DNA from: Octopus sinensis
Taxonomy: Eukaryota
Length of the DNA: 64,000 nucleotides
Assembly (NCBI RefSeq): GCF_006345805.1
Contig: NC_043005.1
Span: forward strand, 104,284,001-104,348,000
Direction: 5' to 3'
This document shows, in pieces, positions 11,561-25,385 of this stretch (the first letter of the stretch is position 1; each line of letters starts with the position of its first letter). The notes under the pieces are model-generated. The model had not been told where the DNA came from. It searched no databases and saw nothing but the letters and a program-made list of their open reading frames with translations. The translations under genes and the position numbers were made by a program.

Positions 11561-11847
11561 AAGAGGATACACTCGCGTCGGTGTTATTCACATGTGCACG
11601 GGCATGTGTGTGTGTGCGCGTGGGGGTGTGTAGGTGTGTGTATAGGTGTGGAAGTATGTGTGCGTACATGTGCATGTACGTTGTGTGTGTGTGGTGTGTT
11701 GGGAGTAGGTGTGTTCGTGGGTACGTATGTGTGTGTGTGACTGCATAAGGACAATTATAAAAATTAAAAAATATAAAATAAAAAATAAATAATAATTAAT
11801 AAATAATAAATAAAAAAATGCTAGTGGGGAGAAGTGGAGCGCAGTCA

Positions 11848-13830
11848 CTAAGAGGAGGGGGCTGTGTTGAGTCCGTGTGGGGTTAGCGTCTGTAGAAGGA
11901 ATACGAGCCGTTGCTCCAAGTGAAGCCTAGATTGTGGAGTGCCGTTGTGTGGGGCAAGACCAAACACCGAGATGTCATCGGGGGAATGGCTGGCCGAGCG
12001 GAAGTGACGTGCGACGGGAGAATTGGAAAGTAGACGAACATCCCTCAGATGTTCGGCGAATCGGTCTGACAACCGGCGTCCCGTCTGTCCTATATACAGC
12101 ATTCTGCAGCGGTTGCATTTAATGCAGTATATGAGTCCAGACGAAGTGCACGTAAAAGAGTGCCTGATACGTACAGTTCGCCGGTTGGAACCGGTGACAG
12201 CAGTGGTGTTGGTGATGAAGGGGCAGGTGTTGCAGCGGGATCTGGAGCATGGGAAGGATCCGAGTGGGGCCGAGGGGGAAGAAGGGAGGGTGCTACGGAC
12301 CAGGAGGTCGCGTAGATTCCGGGCTCGTTTGAAGGAGGACAGGGGTGGGTTGGGGAAAATGGGGTGGGTCGTGGAATCGAGCTGGAGACGACGGAAGGCA
12401 CGAAGTATCTTCCGACGAAGGGGTAGAGTAGAGGGGTGGAAGAGGGGAAAGGGGGTGCGGTTGGGTGGGTGGGTGATTGGAAGGAGAAAGGGCGGTGGTG
12501 CGGTCGATGCGACGAGCGCGGGCGAGGGCGTTCAAGACCAGGGTAGGTGGGTATCCTCGAAGCCTGAACAGGCGGGCCAGGTATTGAGACTGGGTCTCGA
12601 AATCCTGGTCGCGGCTGCACAAGCGTTGGAGGCGGAGGAACTGGGAGTAGGGGATGGCCCGTTTGGTGTGGAAGGGATGGGAGTAGGAGAAGTTGAGATA
12701 GAGGTGGGAATCCGTGGGTTTGAAGAAGGCGGAGGTGGTGAGAGAGTGGGAGGGGTGGTCGATGCTGAGTGAGATATCAAGGAAGTTAACGGAAGTATTG
12801 GATATGGTGGAAGTGAATTGTAGAGAGGGGTGGAAGTTAGAGAGAAAGAGATGAAGTGGCAGAGTTGTTCGCGGGAAAGGGAGGTGGCGCCTATACAGTC
12901 GTCTATGTAACGACTGTATAGTTCTGGGGTCGGCCCGGAGAATTGGGAGAATACTTGGGCCTCAATGTAGCCAACAAAGAGATTGGCGAAATTGGGGCCC
13001 ATTCTCGACCCCGGACAACTGTTGGTACGTTTCCCCGGCGAACGTGAAACAGTTGAGGGTTAGGACGAGCTCTGCCAGGCGGAGGAGGGTGGGGGTGCTA
13101 GGGGTGGGGTCGGGACGACGGTCGAGGAAGTGTTGGAGAGCTAGGAGACCGTCGTTGTGGGGAATTACCGTATACAGGGATTTGATGTCAAGGGTGAAGA
13201 GGAGGTGTGAGGGGCTGGAAGGGAAGGAAAAGGAATTGAAGAGACGGAGGGCGTGGTTGGTATCATGTATGTGGGAAGGGAGGGCTTTGACTAAGGGGGA
13301 CAGGATGCGGTCGAGGTATAGGGAAATGTGTTCAGTTGGGCAATTACAGGCGGAAACGATGGGGCGGCCAGGGGTATTGGGCTTATGAATTTTCGGAAGG
13401 AAATAGATGGTAGAGGTGCGGAGTGTGCGGACGATGAGGTTGATGGCGGCGGAGGGGGGAGAGCAGAAGAGGAGATGAGTTCGCGGATAGTGGAGGACAC
13501 TCGCTGTTGGTAGGAAGAGGTGGGATCAGAGGGGAGGAGGCGATAGAAGAGGGGATTTTGAAGCTGACTGAGCGCTTCCTCCCTGTAGAGATCCGCGCGC
13601 CACACCACCACTGCTCCGCCTTTGTCCGCCGGTTTGATGACAATGTCATTGCGGCGACGGAGGTGGCGAAGGGCCACCAATTCAGCCTGTGTGAGGTTGT
13701 CTCGGAGAGGTCTTTTTTTAAAGTTAAACCGGTTTACCAACGCGTTGCAGTCGTTCACAAACGAGTCTAGGCTACTGAATTGGCCCGGGGGCGGCGTCCA
13801 GTTGGATGGGCGGCGCCCCTATATATACAT
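11848..13830 (-). mobile_element. 5'-truncated Penelope-like element, Neptune-type (RT + C-terminal GIY-YIG), frameshifted
   Basis: Motifs KPADKGGAVVVW, YFLPKIHKPNTPGRPIVS, LDIKSLYTVIPH, MGPNFANLF, RYIDDCIG, IPYSQFLRL, Cys linker CSRSRCNTC, LIYCIKCNRC.LYIGQTGRRLSDRFAEH. Four frameshifts (about 13455, 13005, 12840, 12460); no in-frame stop found. Confidence 0.92.
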
Positions 13831-14533
13831 ATATATATATATATATAATATATATACGCGCACGCGCGCACACACACACATAAATAACATACATACATAT
13901 GGGTATATAGAAGTATTTGTGCGTATATTTATGCATGCATGCGTATAGAAGACCATGAGATATCCCTTCACTCAACAGTGTTGCAGTACTACTACTTATG
14001 TCCACATAAAATGATCCTTTGTGGTTATACACAGCAGAGCTAAATTGGACAATAGAGCACTTACACCTAGAAATAGCATTAACTTCCACTTCTTATATCA
14101 ATATGCATGGAATCTGAAGAATAATGGAATTAGCATTTCTATAAGCTGTAATATTGCTGAAACTGCATCATCAGAAATGGATTAAAACCTGCGATATAAT
14201 GCTTCAATACATAAAGTAGAAAAAAGCGGATAGTCTGTGTATGTACAGACATAGAAAATATCTTGAGAAAAAAACTTCAATTGAAGACCGTGTAATCCCC
14301 TCATCGCCAACCATAAAAATCATTGGATAGAGGCACCTAAAAGCATATAACAATTCAACACACACTACATGCATTGTTGGGAATACTACTCTTCTGTTCA
14401 TACATACAGACGTATATATAAACGTATAATGATGTTTCGCTCACATAATACGTTGGACAACGGGACGGGCAGCGCGTCGTGTCTTGAGCGAAGCATATAA
14501 TTTCATCTAATCTACTCAGCTGAAAATAGATAC

Positions 14534-14601
14534 CAGACGACTATTGGTGCGGCCCTCTCCTCCATTTCTTCGATATTCCGATAAGTCTAGAATGGAATGA
14601 T
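14534..14601 (-). CDS. Candidate 68-nt exon of gene A (HSILDLSEYRRNGGEGRTNSRL)
   Basis: Acceptor gacatcttttcag, weaker donor gtatct. Only phase 1 is open and it ends in phase 0. Confidence 0.4.
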
Positions 14602-14769
14602 CTGAAAAGATGTCTATGTCTACTCGACATTAGTACCAAAGACAATTAACAAAAGTGTGGTAAAAGCTGCCTATATGTGTGTGTGTGTGTGTGTATGTAT
14701 ACACACACATATATATATATATATATAGATGCATACACGCATATATGTATATCTACATCTATCCATCAT

Positions 14770-15128
14770 TGGAGGCGCAGGCCCATGGTTAGGGCAGCGG
14801 AGTCGCGGTTTCGATTCCCAGACCGGGCGTTGTGAGTGTTTATTGAGCGGAACCACCTAAAGGTCCACGAGACTCTGGCAGGGGATGGTGGCGAACCCTG
14901 CTGTACTCTTTCACCACAACTTTCTCATTCTTTCTTCCTGTTTCTGTTGTACCTGTATTTCAAAGGGGCCAGCCTTGTCACTCTGTGTCACGCTGAATCT
15001 CCCCGAGAACTACGTTAAGGTACACGTGTCTGTGGAGTGCTCAACCACTTGCACGTTAATTTCACGAGCAGGCTGTTCCGTTGATCGGATCAACTGGAAC
15101 CCTCATCGTCGTAACCGACGGAGTGCCA
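14770..15128 (+). mobile_element. Full-length tRNA-derived SINE (family of 39120-39499)
   Basis: A box tggttaggg, B box ggtttcgattccc; collinear with the 39.1 kb copy. Confidence 0.85.
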
Positions 15129-15861
15129 CGGTATATATCCACCTATCACGCCCTTCTACATGCGGGTGTGTTTGTGTATTTCAATAACTATGTGATTTGA
15201 TTGGACGTTACAAAACATTCCTAAATATTTTTAATAATTCGATTGTGAGCATTTATATATCTTAATACCAAGAACGATTATATACTATAAATGTTGTACC
15301 AAATACAAAATACAATTTGTAAATGAAACATTACATTATATTTACATTTTGTGTTCCAATTCACTACTTGTCACCTAAATATTTAATGAAGCTATTACGC
15401 AGTCAGCCATTGGCGTAAACAGCTCTGCTTCTCATTTAAATATGAGTTATAATACTTTGTCAATGCTATTATAAAGCAAAAATGTAGCTAAAGTATAGGA
15501 ACTAAAATTACTTAAACTATGCAACACTTCTAGTGTATTATTAAAATATGAATATAAATCTCTCTGTACTTTGAACATAGAAACAGAGCATCTAAAGAGT
15601 AATCTTTACACAGTATAGAAATTATGCAATTCCGATACTTAATGGTAGTCAACAATGCACATTTATACCAAACTGTGAATTGATGAGTTGAAACTTCTAC
15701 GAGTGTATATTTGCCGGTTATAGACGCAGCAAGAACTGTGAGATCATAAAATGTCAAGGAATCATATATACACATGTCTACAGATACACATAATAGATAG
15801 CTATATATAGACATGTGTGTGTTGTGTATAGTATATATATATATATATAATATATATATAT

Positions 15862-16010
15862 ATTAGGCATGTCTGTACGGTACGAAGTTTACTTCCAAAC
15901 CAGGTGGTTTCAAGTTCAATGCCACTGTGTGGTATCTTGGGCAAGTGACTTCCACTATAGCCCTGGACCGATCTAAAACTTGTGGGTGGATTTGGCAGAC
16001 GGAAACTATC
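15862..16010 (+). mobile_element. Degenerate CORE-SINE 5' half
   Basis: ggtatcttgggcaagtgacttccactatagccctggacc...ggatttggcagacggaaact. Confidence 0.65.
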
Positions 16011-16261
16011 TCTTGTGCCTCTCTTTCTCGAACTGTTTATGTGAAAGTTTTTTAGATTTCGCATGCACACATACACGCACGCACACACACACATATACAT
16101 GTATTTATATATATACATGTGTATTTATATATAGGCATGTGTATATACATGTATATATATATATACATGTGTATATATATATATATCTATATATATATAT
16201 ATATACATGTGTATATATATATACATGTGTATATATATATATACATGTATATATGTATATA

Positions 16262-16319
<58 letters not shown>

Positions 16320-16409
16320 GTGTATATATATATAGGCATGTGTATATACATGTATATATATATATATATACATGTGTATATATATATATATATATACATG
16401 TATATATGT

Positions 16410-16481
<72 letters not shown>

Positions 16482-16745
16482 ATATATATATATGCAAACA
16501 AAATGAAATATTGAAAAAAAACGCATTTGGCTAAATTTGGACATACCAATGATATGTATATATATATATTATATATATATATATATATTATATATATGTA
16601 CATATGTACATACATAATACATACACATATAGACATATATATATATATATATATGAGAAAATATATGAGAAAATGGATATAACGAGGAAACTCGTCGTTT
16701 TCGCTGGTATGCCTTTAATGTAATAAGATAACACAGACGGTGGAG

Positions 16746-16797
<52 letters not shown>

Positions 16798-17074
16798 GAT
16801 AGATTGATAGATAGATAGATAGATAGATAGAAATGTATGTACATGTAGATGTGTGTTTATACATACATACATACATACATACATATACATATACAAACAT
16901 AGACATAAGAAAAAACAAAGAACATTTATGAAACAACCAATTCCACACACGCAAGGCTCCTCGCAAACACGATCACCAAAACATATAAGAAAACTAACAC
17001 TTCCACATCGATACCGATATCATTCTTACTATATAGGATCGAGCGGACCGCCACGCCACCTAGTCCCTCCATAT

Positions 17075-17760
17075 TACACATGAGGATTACAAACCTAATT
17101 TCCTCTCTAACCCCCAACGTAGACTGATCAAATGTTTTAAACGTAGTATAGGCATTGCCATTAAGCGTATTCTTGATACCATCAACTGAGATATTAAATG
17201 GACCACAGGGCTGATTCGCAGCTGTGATTAACTGCTTCCGTGGTATCGAGAATAAACCAGCCAGCAGATTCACACAGTTTGATGTCGCGGTCTTCTACCC
17301 TACTATAATGAAACCGCTACTCTTGAAGGCCCTGGATTTCACAAGGTGATTCACTAGTATAAGCGACCGCAATATCAGAATGACATCAGAAAGTCTGTTT
17401 TGGGTCACGACGATTCCTTCTGGGTGAAAAAAGGCGATCCACTGTTCGACGTTTCTATGGGGATTTACTACAGGGCTGAGAAAGCCGATCCTGTTGCTTA
17501 TTCGTACTGGATACCTTAAAAATGCAGATACTTACACAGATGAACGGTCACGTCATAGTTTAGGAAAGGCCTGATAAAAACATTCAAAGAATTCGGTCTG
17601 TCCATGACAGTTACCACCAACTCAATCACCGTCAACTTCTTATACGTGACCCTAGCCTCGAAAGCGGGCAAGTACTACTCTGACAAGAAGCTCAACGAGG
17701 ACACTGTACATTCACAGAAGCTTGAATAACCCACCTGGTGAACTTAAAACCACGCAGATA
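17075..17760 (+). mobile_element. Decayed PLE reverse transcriptase fragment (Nematis-like)
   Basis: DYKPNFLSNPQRRLI...KRILDTIN, FTQFDVAVFYPTI..LLLKALDF, WVKKGDPLFDVSMG, TVNFLYVTL. The YRDD region is deleted and stops are present. Confidence 0.8.
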
Positions 17761-18639
17761 TACTTACATTGACTGAACCTCAACATTGCCCTCACAACCA
17801 AAGACTCATAACATTGCCTCAGAACCAAAGATTCGCTTCCTAGCCACCGATCTTTCGCAGTCCTCAGGCTGATCTTCCGACCGTATGCATCCCCTGTAAC
17901 CACCCACGTCCGTCTCTATATGCGTAGGTGCGCGCACGCACACACACACACGTACGTGTTCTTTCCTCCCCCCATCATGAAAACACAACCAAACCATTTT
18001 CTCCTAACACCACTAAACTTCATTCCAACGTCAAATGCACTAACCCCACCAGCAACGCTGTTGTAGCTGTTCTAGCATACATCTGTTATGCTTGAGCACA
18101 CAAATACTAAACGCATGCATATATACACAACACATGTACACACCAGTTGAAAATACACGCTCGCATACATTCTTCCAGACAACCATGAACACAGGTAAAC
18201 ACAGAAATGTACATACTCCCGTTCACCAATCATCCTCACGAACACATAAATGTACCTTAAACATGCGCGCATACACACAAATACACCGGGTACTAATGCA
18301 CACGTATTCGCGCGCGCACGTGCGCACACACACATACACACACAGACAGCTAACACCCACACAGCTGATATTCAAAGCTGACATATACACCCACGCATTC
18401 GCGCACGCGAATATCCAAACGTGGCTGATACGCATCCCCACCCAGACATACATATTCACTAGCAAATACGCACATACGCTGCTGGTATCAGCTCTTATCC
18501 ACACGCTAGCTTACACATACGCGCATCACCCCACATACATGCATCACACCACATACTCATGTATAGCAGATACAGGCGCATAGGCATCAGATACCTACAT
18601 CTACATACTCATACATCTAGTATACACACAGACACTCTC

Positions 18640-18900
18640 CCCTGCAAGTCCCTTCAAGATCTGGCATGACAACAAGGTACCACCAACTTCCTGTAGAGCC
18701 AGGCGGTCCGAGATATACTCCTTTTTAATACATCTGGTGTCACTGGAATGTCAATCTCACTTGTAATTTTGAACACCATGTGAGCCACATTGTGCAATGA
18801 CGCCTAGTTTTCGGTAGCCATCCATTTGGCTAAATTTCTGTAAGGAGAGTACGAAACTAAACCGCGTGAAGCCGAATCAAACTGTTTTAGATATGTGTGT
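18640..18900 (+). mobile_element. Probable endonuclease/3' terminal fragment of the same decayed PLE
   Basis: Weak PFK.W..N-like reading; ends in gaatcaaactgtttt, shared with terminal repeats at 25330 and 25030. Confidence 0.35.
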
Positions 18901-19830
18901 GTATGTGTGCGTGCGCGCATATATTATATATACATACACACACACATACACAGACACCTATGTATAGCACTAACCCACCATTATAGTTTAACCACTGCTA
19001 CCTGGACCACCGACTCACCACGTCCCTCTCTCCACTTCACTCTATCTTCTGTCATACCTTTCTACATACCTTAGTAATCTCCATCCTTCGCGGAATTACA
19101 CATTTTCCCTCCCATAAATAATTGCCATCCCTTTTCTCAATATCTCAACTTCCAATACTTTTATAGCTATTATCCTTAAACTTTGATACCTATACACAAG
19201 CCCAACAATAACTGACCACCTTTCAATTTTTATCAATCCCACCTCATCCACTCATCTCATAACCCCACCTACCACCTCTCTTAATACCCTCATTATTAAC
19301 CCCTCCTTCTTTCTGAGCTAGCTCTCTTATTTCCTCTCACTAATCCCAGTCTTAACACTCCCCATAACTCCACCGACCCTCCAACTTCCTCCCTCTAATA
19401 CTGCTGGCTCTCCACATTTAATCATTCTACCTTTGAAATTCTCTACGTTGTAATCTGAAATGTAAGACCTTTTCTACCCTTATGACGGAAGCTTGATTTA
19501 TCCAACGCTGATTGCTTCCACTACAGCTTGCTTATTGTGAAGAACTAGATCTACCAAAATTAGAAGCAGCCTTGCAACAACTTATAGTTCTCCTAACATA
19601 GAAACAGCCGTTGGGTTTATAACACCTTACTTCATCCCCTTTAATTTTCCCTGTCGATTGTACTCTGTGTAAGCTGGATCTAATAATTCAAATATCTATA
19701 TATTCATACTTAAATATTCATCGCCTGAAAGTCTCCACTCTGCTTTCTCTCGTTTTGCATGTATACATATGTACATATTTTGTATTTCATACCCAAGGTG
19801 TTACATTTAATATTTTCAAATTGTTTAACC

Positions 19831-19919
<89 letters not shown>

Positions 19920-19965
19920 CTATATCTATCTATCTATCTATCTATTATCTCCTTTCTCCTCTCTC

Positions 19966-20038
<73 letters not shown>

Positions 20039-20103
20039 AGAGAGCGAGACAGACAGACTGATAGACAGACAGACAGACTGATAGACGGACAGACGGACGG
20101 ACG

Positions 20104-20203
<100 letters not shown>

Positions 20204-20984
20204 TTGGTATCTGTTTATATGTGTGTATGTGCATTTGTATATGTGTATACACTCTATAGAAGAGTGTATGTATTTGCATATACACTCTTCTATAGAATAT
20301 AATCGAATACTGAAAAAAAGAAAACGATGTCGGTGAATGAATCTGCATGTGTATGAAATGAAGCGTTCTGAAATATGTAATGTGCATGTGTGTGTGCGTG
20401 TCTGTGCGTGTGTGTTCGCGTGTGTGTGTGTGTGTCTGTCTGTCTGTCTCTGTGTGTACTTGTTTGTTTATCTCGAAGCAAAAATAAATGTATCAAAGGC
20501 AAAATAAAAATAATTAATATGAAATCCGAAGGAAATGATTTTTCAGAAGATCGTGCAAAACATTGCTAACATTTCACTTATATACATTTTGTTTTCGATC
20601 CTTTCTGTTTTGGTTGCTGCCTTTATTAAGTTGAATCAGTCTCGTTGATTCTAACTCTACAAACTTCTCAGCTTGTGACCTTCATGCCCCTTGGCAGAAA
20701 GCAGAGATTGCTTTAGTCTCTGTTTACAAATAGCAACACCTCAGGAATTGAACATTTGCATTTGATTCAAAAGAACAATTTTACAATGTCACTTAAAATT
20801 GCCGGCGGAATGAAATGGTATGAGAAAATGTGGCCTTTGTCTCCTTATCGATCGTATATTTCAAGCATGTTATAAATATATGCATGCATACATACATACA
20901 TACGTACATACGTGCATACATACGTACATACATACATACATACATACATACATACATACATACATACATACATACATACATACA

Positions 20985-21018
<34 letters not shown>

Positions 21019-21151
21019 CAAACAATTCATATATGTGCTCACAAATTGTGAATCCATGCTTTGTATATATTCGCATATATCAAAATACACCTAATACTGC
21101 ATGACGCTCAATATCTACATATGTGTGTGTGTATGTGAGTGAGTGAGAGAG

Positions 21152-21204
<53 letters not shown>

Positions 21205-22039
21205 TTGACAGAGAGTATGCCAAGTAAAAGAGAGAAAGTGGAGAGAGAGAATGTATACAAACTCGCTTCCTAAATCATGCTCAATATTTTGGAATAAGTG
21301 TATACGTGCACATCTGTGTGTATGTGTGTGCGTGTATGTGTGTATGTGTGTATATGTGTGTGCGCGTGTGTGTGTGTGGTTGTGTCTACATGCCTGTGCC
21401 TGAATACACGCGACGCGCGTGTGTCTGTGTGTATATAATTCTTATGTATACGTAAACATACATGGGCACATGCATATATGCTTCAAAATAATATTCGCAC
21501 CCATGTATTATTCATTTCCTTATATGTATTTACCAGTAATTACAAAAGATATTGTTACCCAGCAGATGTTTTATACCGACTTATGCCCCGCCACTTCCTA
21601 TCAATTTCCTCAAAATATCGCCATTGACAGTAAATAAAACAAGTTGATATTTATCTCGCTCGATGCAAACTATGCACATATAATTCTGTAAAAAGTATAG
21701 AAAAACAATTATTGTTGTTTACTTTTGTTTACCGTTCAAATACACACTCAGACACACACACACACACACAAAGACACACACACATACACACAAAGACACA
21801 TACACACACATGTATATATATGAGTTAATGAATGTCAGAAGAACATTAGCTTAGAGCCGTCTCTGCTTTAAGAAGCATCGTATTCAGTGCTGAGTGCTTG
21901 TGTTTGTGTCATTCATTCACTGATATTTCGCTCTGTACTTTCATGATGCTTCACATTAAAGCACAAGTATATTGTGTTCTAAGAATTAGTTATTAGTATT
22001 GCTACGCCTAAGCGACTCGACTAACACCTCGTTCTGAAG

Positions 22040-23027
22040 CATAGATAGATATGAATAAACGGATAGAGATAAATAGACAGACATATTAATAAATGGATGA
22101 AAAAGTTCAAAATTAAAAATGGGGTGAGTGGGTGAAATTTGAGCCCTTTATTAAACTTTATAACAGTAATTATTAAACATATTAATGTTTGTTTCTCATA
22201 AAATGGCGTATATTTAATTTACATTTAATTATTATTTAAGTTTATTGAAGGCAAACACAAGTAAAATGCGTTTGTCTTTATTTGATTTCAATTTGCATAT
22301 GTTCGTCAATTCGCTACGATCTCTTTAAGGTAAACAAAATCAAAATTTTAAACTGGGAGGGGGTGAAATTTGAAAAGGTGTCATTTTTTGCATATTCGTA
22401 ATATCCGATATAAAGTAAATACTATGCAATAAATATTTCTAGATGTCTTATATCACAAAAGCAAATCAAATTGTATGAATAGATCGCAAGATTGATACGC
22501 AAAGTAAAATTTTCAAATAGCATTGACGGTAATTTTTGTCTTCGGGCATGCGCACAAACATGTACTCCGGTCTGGAAAACGCTATAAGCGGCTAATGTGT
22601 AACACTGGGCATGCGTAACAGGATATACAGAGAAACACCTTCTCTGTTAAAAATATTACTAATGATCGCATACATATATACATGTATGTATATACATATG
22701 GGCTCTCCTGTCGAAAACAACGTATGAGTGTTCAGTTTTTTTTTCGAACAACCTGCACAAATGATTTGTTTATAGAGGTCAAATGTATATATTGGCTCAC
22801 TCACTCCATCAAATCGACGTTGCCCGAACAGGTGTATCGTGTACAACGTGTCAGGCGTCGAAATGATCGCAGAGCAACGTCAGGCGAACTGTTTTGCTCA
22901 AGAATACAACGTATCACCCAGTCTAGGAATTGAATCAACGATTTCGACGTCACATTCGTTAAAAGCATGCGAAATAACATGGAAGAAAAAACTTTCCCAG
23001 TGACCTAATGGGTTACGGGTAGTCTAG
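22040..23027 (+). mobile_element. Possible non-autonomous Helitron carrying a SINE fragment (about 22700-22950, minus)
   Basis: 3' hairpin gtgacc-taatg-ggttac followed by CTAG|T at 23024-23028; 5' end uncertain. Confidence 0.35.
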
Positions 23028-23054
23028 TATATATATAGATGCATACATACATAC

Positions 23055-23100
<46 letters not shown>

Positions 23101-23194
23101 GTATATATATATATTTAATTACCAAATCCCATATAAACCGTAGAAACGATCCAGGGTTTCCTCCACGTGTGGTGTATGTATGTATGAAAGAAGA

Positions 23195-23479
23195 ACAGAA
23201 GTGGTATTAAAAATTTACTATAGATGTTTCCGTAGCATTTTATTGATGCATACATTGATAGCATAAATTCACCAACCTTAGGTAAAATTTTAAACACGTA
23301 TAAGTCGATGACCTATTCACTAACTAACCGGTCATCTTCAAGTTTTATCTTACCTGTTTATACGTGTTTAAAATTTTACCTGGGGGTGTTGGATTTATAC
23401 TACGATGTAATCTATGAACGCAACAATAAAATACAACCGGAACGGCTGTGGGAAATTTTAAACTTCACTTAAGCCCTTC

Positions 23480-23480
<1 letters not shown>
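23195..23480. repeat. Imperfect fold-back, probable old PLE terminal repeat
   Basis: ggtaaaattttaaacacgtataa / ttatacgtgtttaaaattttacc arms; the outer arms contain a GGAAAC..CTGT remnant. Confidence 0.5.
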
Positions 23481-23526
<46 letters not shown>

Positions 23527-23672
23527 CAAATGCCAACTAACGGAGGATTAATGAAGGTGGACAAACACCTGTTGACGGGGTCCCAGCATGACCACAGCTC
23601 TTGAGCTGAATCTTATAAAAGTTATATGTATATATAAATGTATGTATGTTTGTATGTATGTATGTATATATT

Positions 23673-23703
<31 letters not shown>

Positions 23704-23779
23704 GTATATGAAAATATCTTGTGACTACAATGTTAAAATATAGATTGCACTGGAATATAATTCTCTAGATCTTAAGTTC

Positions 23780-24900
23780 TTGCGAAATTTTTGTCTTGCA
23801 GCTATATTTTGTTCTTTGTTGATAAAGGTTTCCATCTTAACAACTTTATCAGGTTGTATTAGGCTAGTAGATAAGCACTTTACACAATCACATAGGCACG
23901 GACAACTATTCAACAGACATAACCTAAGAATCTCCTTTAGCTGCACTCCCAATATCAAGAATATTTTAGTTAACACCCCTAGACCACGATCTGATACGAG
24001 ATGCTCATGGAGGGACTACAGTTGATGCCCAATGGGAGGCCAATGCAAAACAGAGGGGTTTGTATACGAGGCTGAGTTAGTATCTGACCGTAATATCAAC
24101 AGCAGCTTTTCCGACAGCTACGGCAGTTGCAAGAATGGCAATAATAACAGCAACGGCAGCAACTTTAGCAGAAAGCACAGGAGCCCCATCGCTAATGATA
24201 ATGCTAATAATGATAACAACAATAACAACGACAACAACAACCAGCACTATAGTGCCAATAACAGATCCAACAATGACGATATTTACAGCAGAACCAACAG
24301 AGATACCAGCATTAACGACACCAAGAACAGCATTCGAAAACACATCGGATGTTTTGGAAACGGCTCTAAGCAGCGCTTCTCCAACCACAAATTCTCGTTT
24401 AGGATCTCGGAGAGACGTTATGCTACGTCCTTGACCAGCCAGGTGTGGCTCCTGAAAGACGAAGGGTCGCTACATGTAATCACATGGAAGATTCTAGAAA
24501 AACAGGGTCCCTACATCAAAGTAGTAAATGATGAAAGGTGTGCATAGCAGAACGGGTGTGGATACTAAAGAACGCATTCAAAACGAAGAACTTCTTAAAT
24601 TCCAGGATGTATTTTATTCCAGATGGAAGTTTATACTTCAGGCGATTCCAACTAAAATCCTGGGACCCGCAAGCTCACTGGGTGGATTCCAGATAGTGTT
24701 CTAAGGGAAACAATCCATCCCTTGTGCTAGACTTTTCTTTTTTGTCGGTGTGTTCAAAATCTATCTACAAAGCCTTTTCTCTATACCCTCTTTGAAAAGA
24801 GGTTATAGGTAACCGGTCATTAAGGTCTCACGAGATGGGAACGAGAAGCTAAGCGCTTTACGGACGCGAAACCCAGGGTACCCCAATGAACCAGCCGTGA
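23780..24900 (+). mobile_element. Decayed Nematis-like PLE 3' part (thumb, Cys linker, GIY-YIG)
   Basis: RLVDKHFTQSH...FNRHNLRISFSCTPNIKNI, CSWRDYS*CPMGGQC, VYEAE...HIGCFGNGSKQRFSNHKFSF, TSLTSQVWLLKD, ITWKILEK. HHR-like 3' half gaaacccagggtacccc near 24866-24884. Confidence 0.85.
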
Positions 24901-25129
24901 CTATCTTTCTCTAATGTACATGTGTATGTACACACACACACACACGCACGCACACATATATTTATATACGAGTGAGCGACAAACGAAAGGGTACTCAGCA
25001 AATTTATTTGGAGTTACATGTATAGATTTGAATCAAACTGTTTTATCCATACATACGCCTATATATGTATATACGTGCGTATGTGTGTGTGAGTGTGTGT
25101 GTATACATAAGTGAGTGAACAGGCGAAAG

Positions 25130-25345
25130 AAAAGGGCACTCAACACATTTAGTAGGAGTCTGATTCGGTTCCGCGCTACTTCAAGTTTTACAAGTCCCTA
25201 ACGGGAGCCTAACTCCTTCAGGCTCCAGGAATGCTGACAGAACTTCCTGTACATCTTCATTCGGAATTCCAGAAGTAGTCGAGCTTCTGACATGGGTCTG
25301 TGAGACTTGAAGTAGCACGAAACTGAATCAAACTGTTTTAAGTAT
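25130..25345. mobile_element. Inverted PLE terminal-repeat fragments
   Basis: ctgattcggttccgcgctacttcaag versus cttgaagtagcacgaaactgaatca. Confidence 0.45.
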
Positions 25346-25347
25346 CA

Positions 25348-25385
<38 letters not shown>

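Noticed and set aside
11550-11600. Degenerate HHR at the 3' end of the Neptune element (CCGACGC-gag..ctc-TTCAAA, minus strand)
   Set aside because: The core and GAAA are both altered and no stem I or III is present; it is too decayed to call.
15682-15748. Additional minus-strand exon candidates (15682-15748, about 27318-27347, about 52628-52659, about 57672-57692)
   Set aside because: Weak donors or phases that do not fit the chain; left out to avoid over-fitting.
19480-19540. tatgacggaagc...gcttccactacagct as an HHR
   Set aside because: Only stem II is recognisable; the catalytic nucleotides are lost.
21560-21640. Promoter-like GGAAGT, GGCGGGGC and TATAAAA on the minus strand
   Set aside because: Short motifs occur by chance, and the position would be intronic to candidate gene A.
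24135-24434. Thr-rich mucin-like ORF
   Set aside because: It is an alternative frame of the AAC-rich spacer inside the PLE endonuclease.
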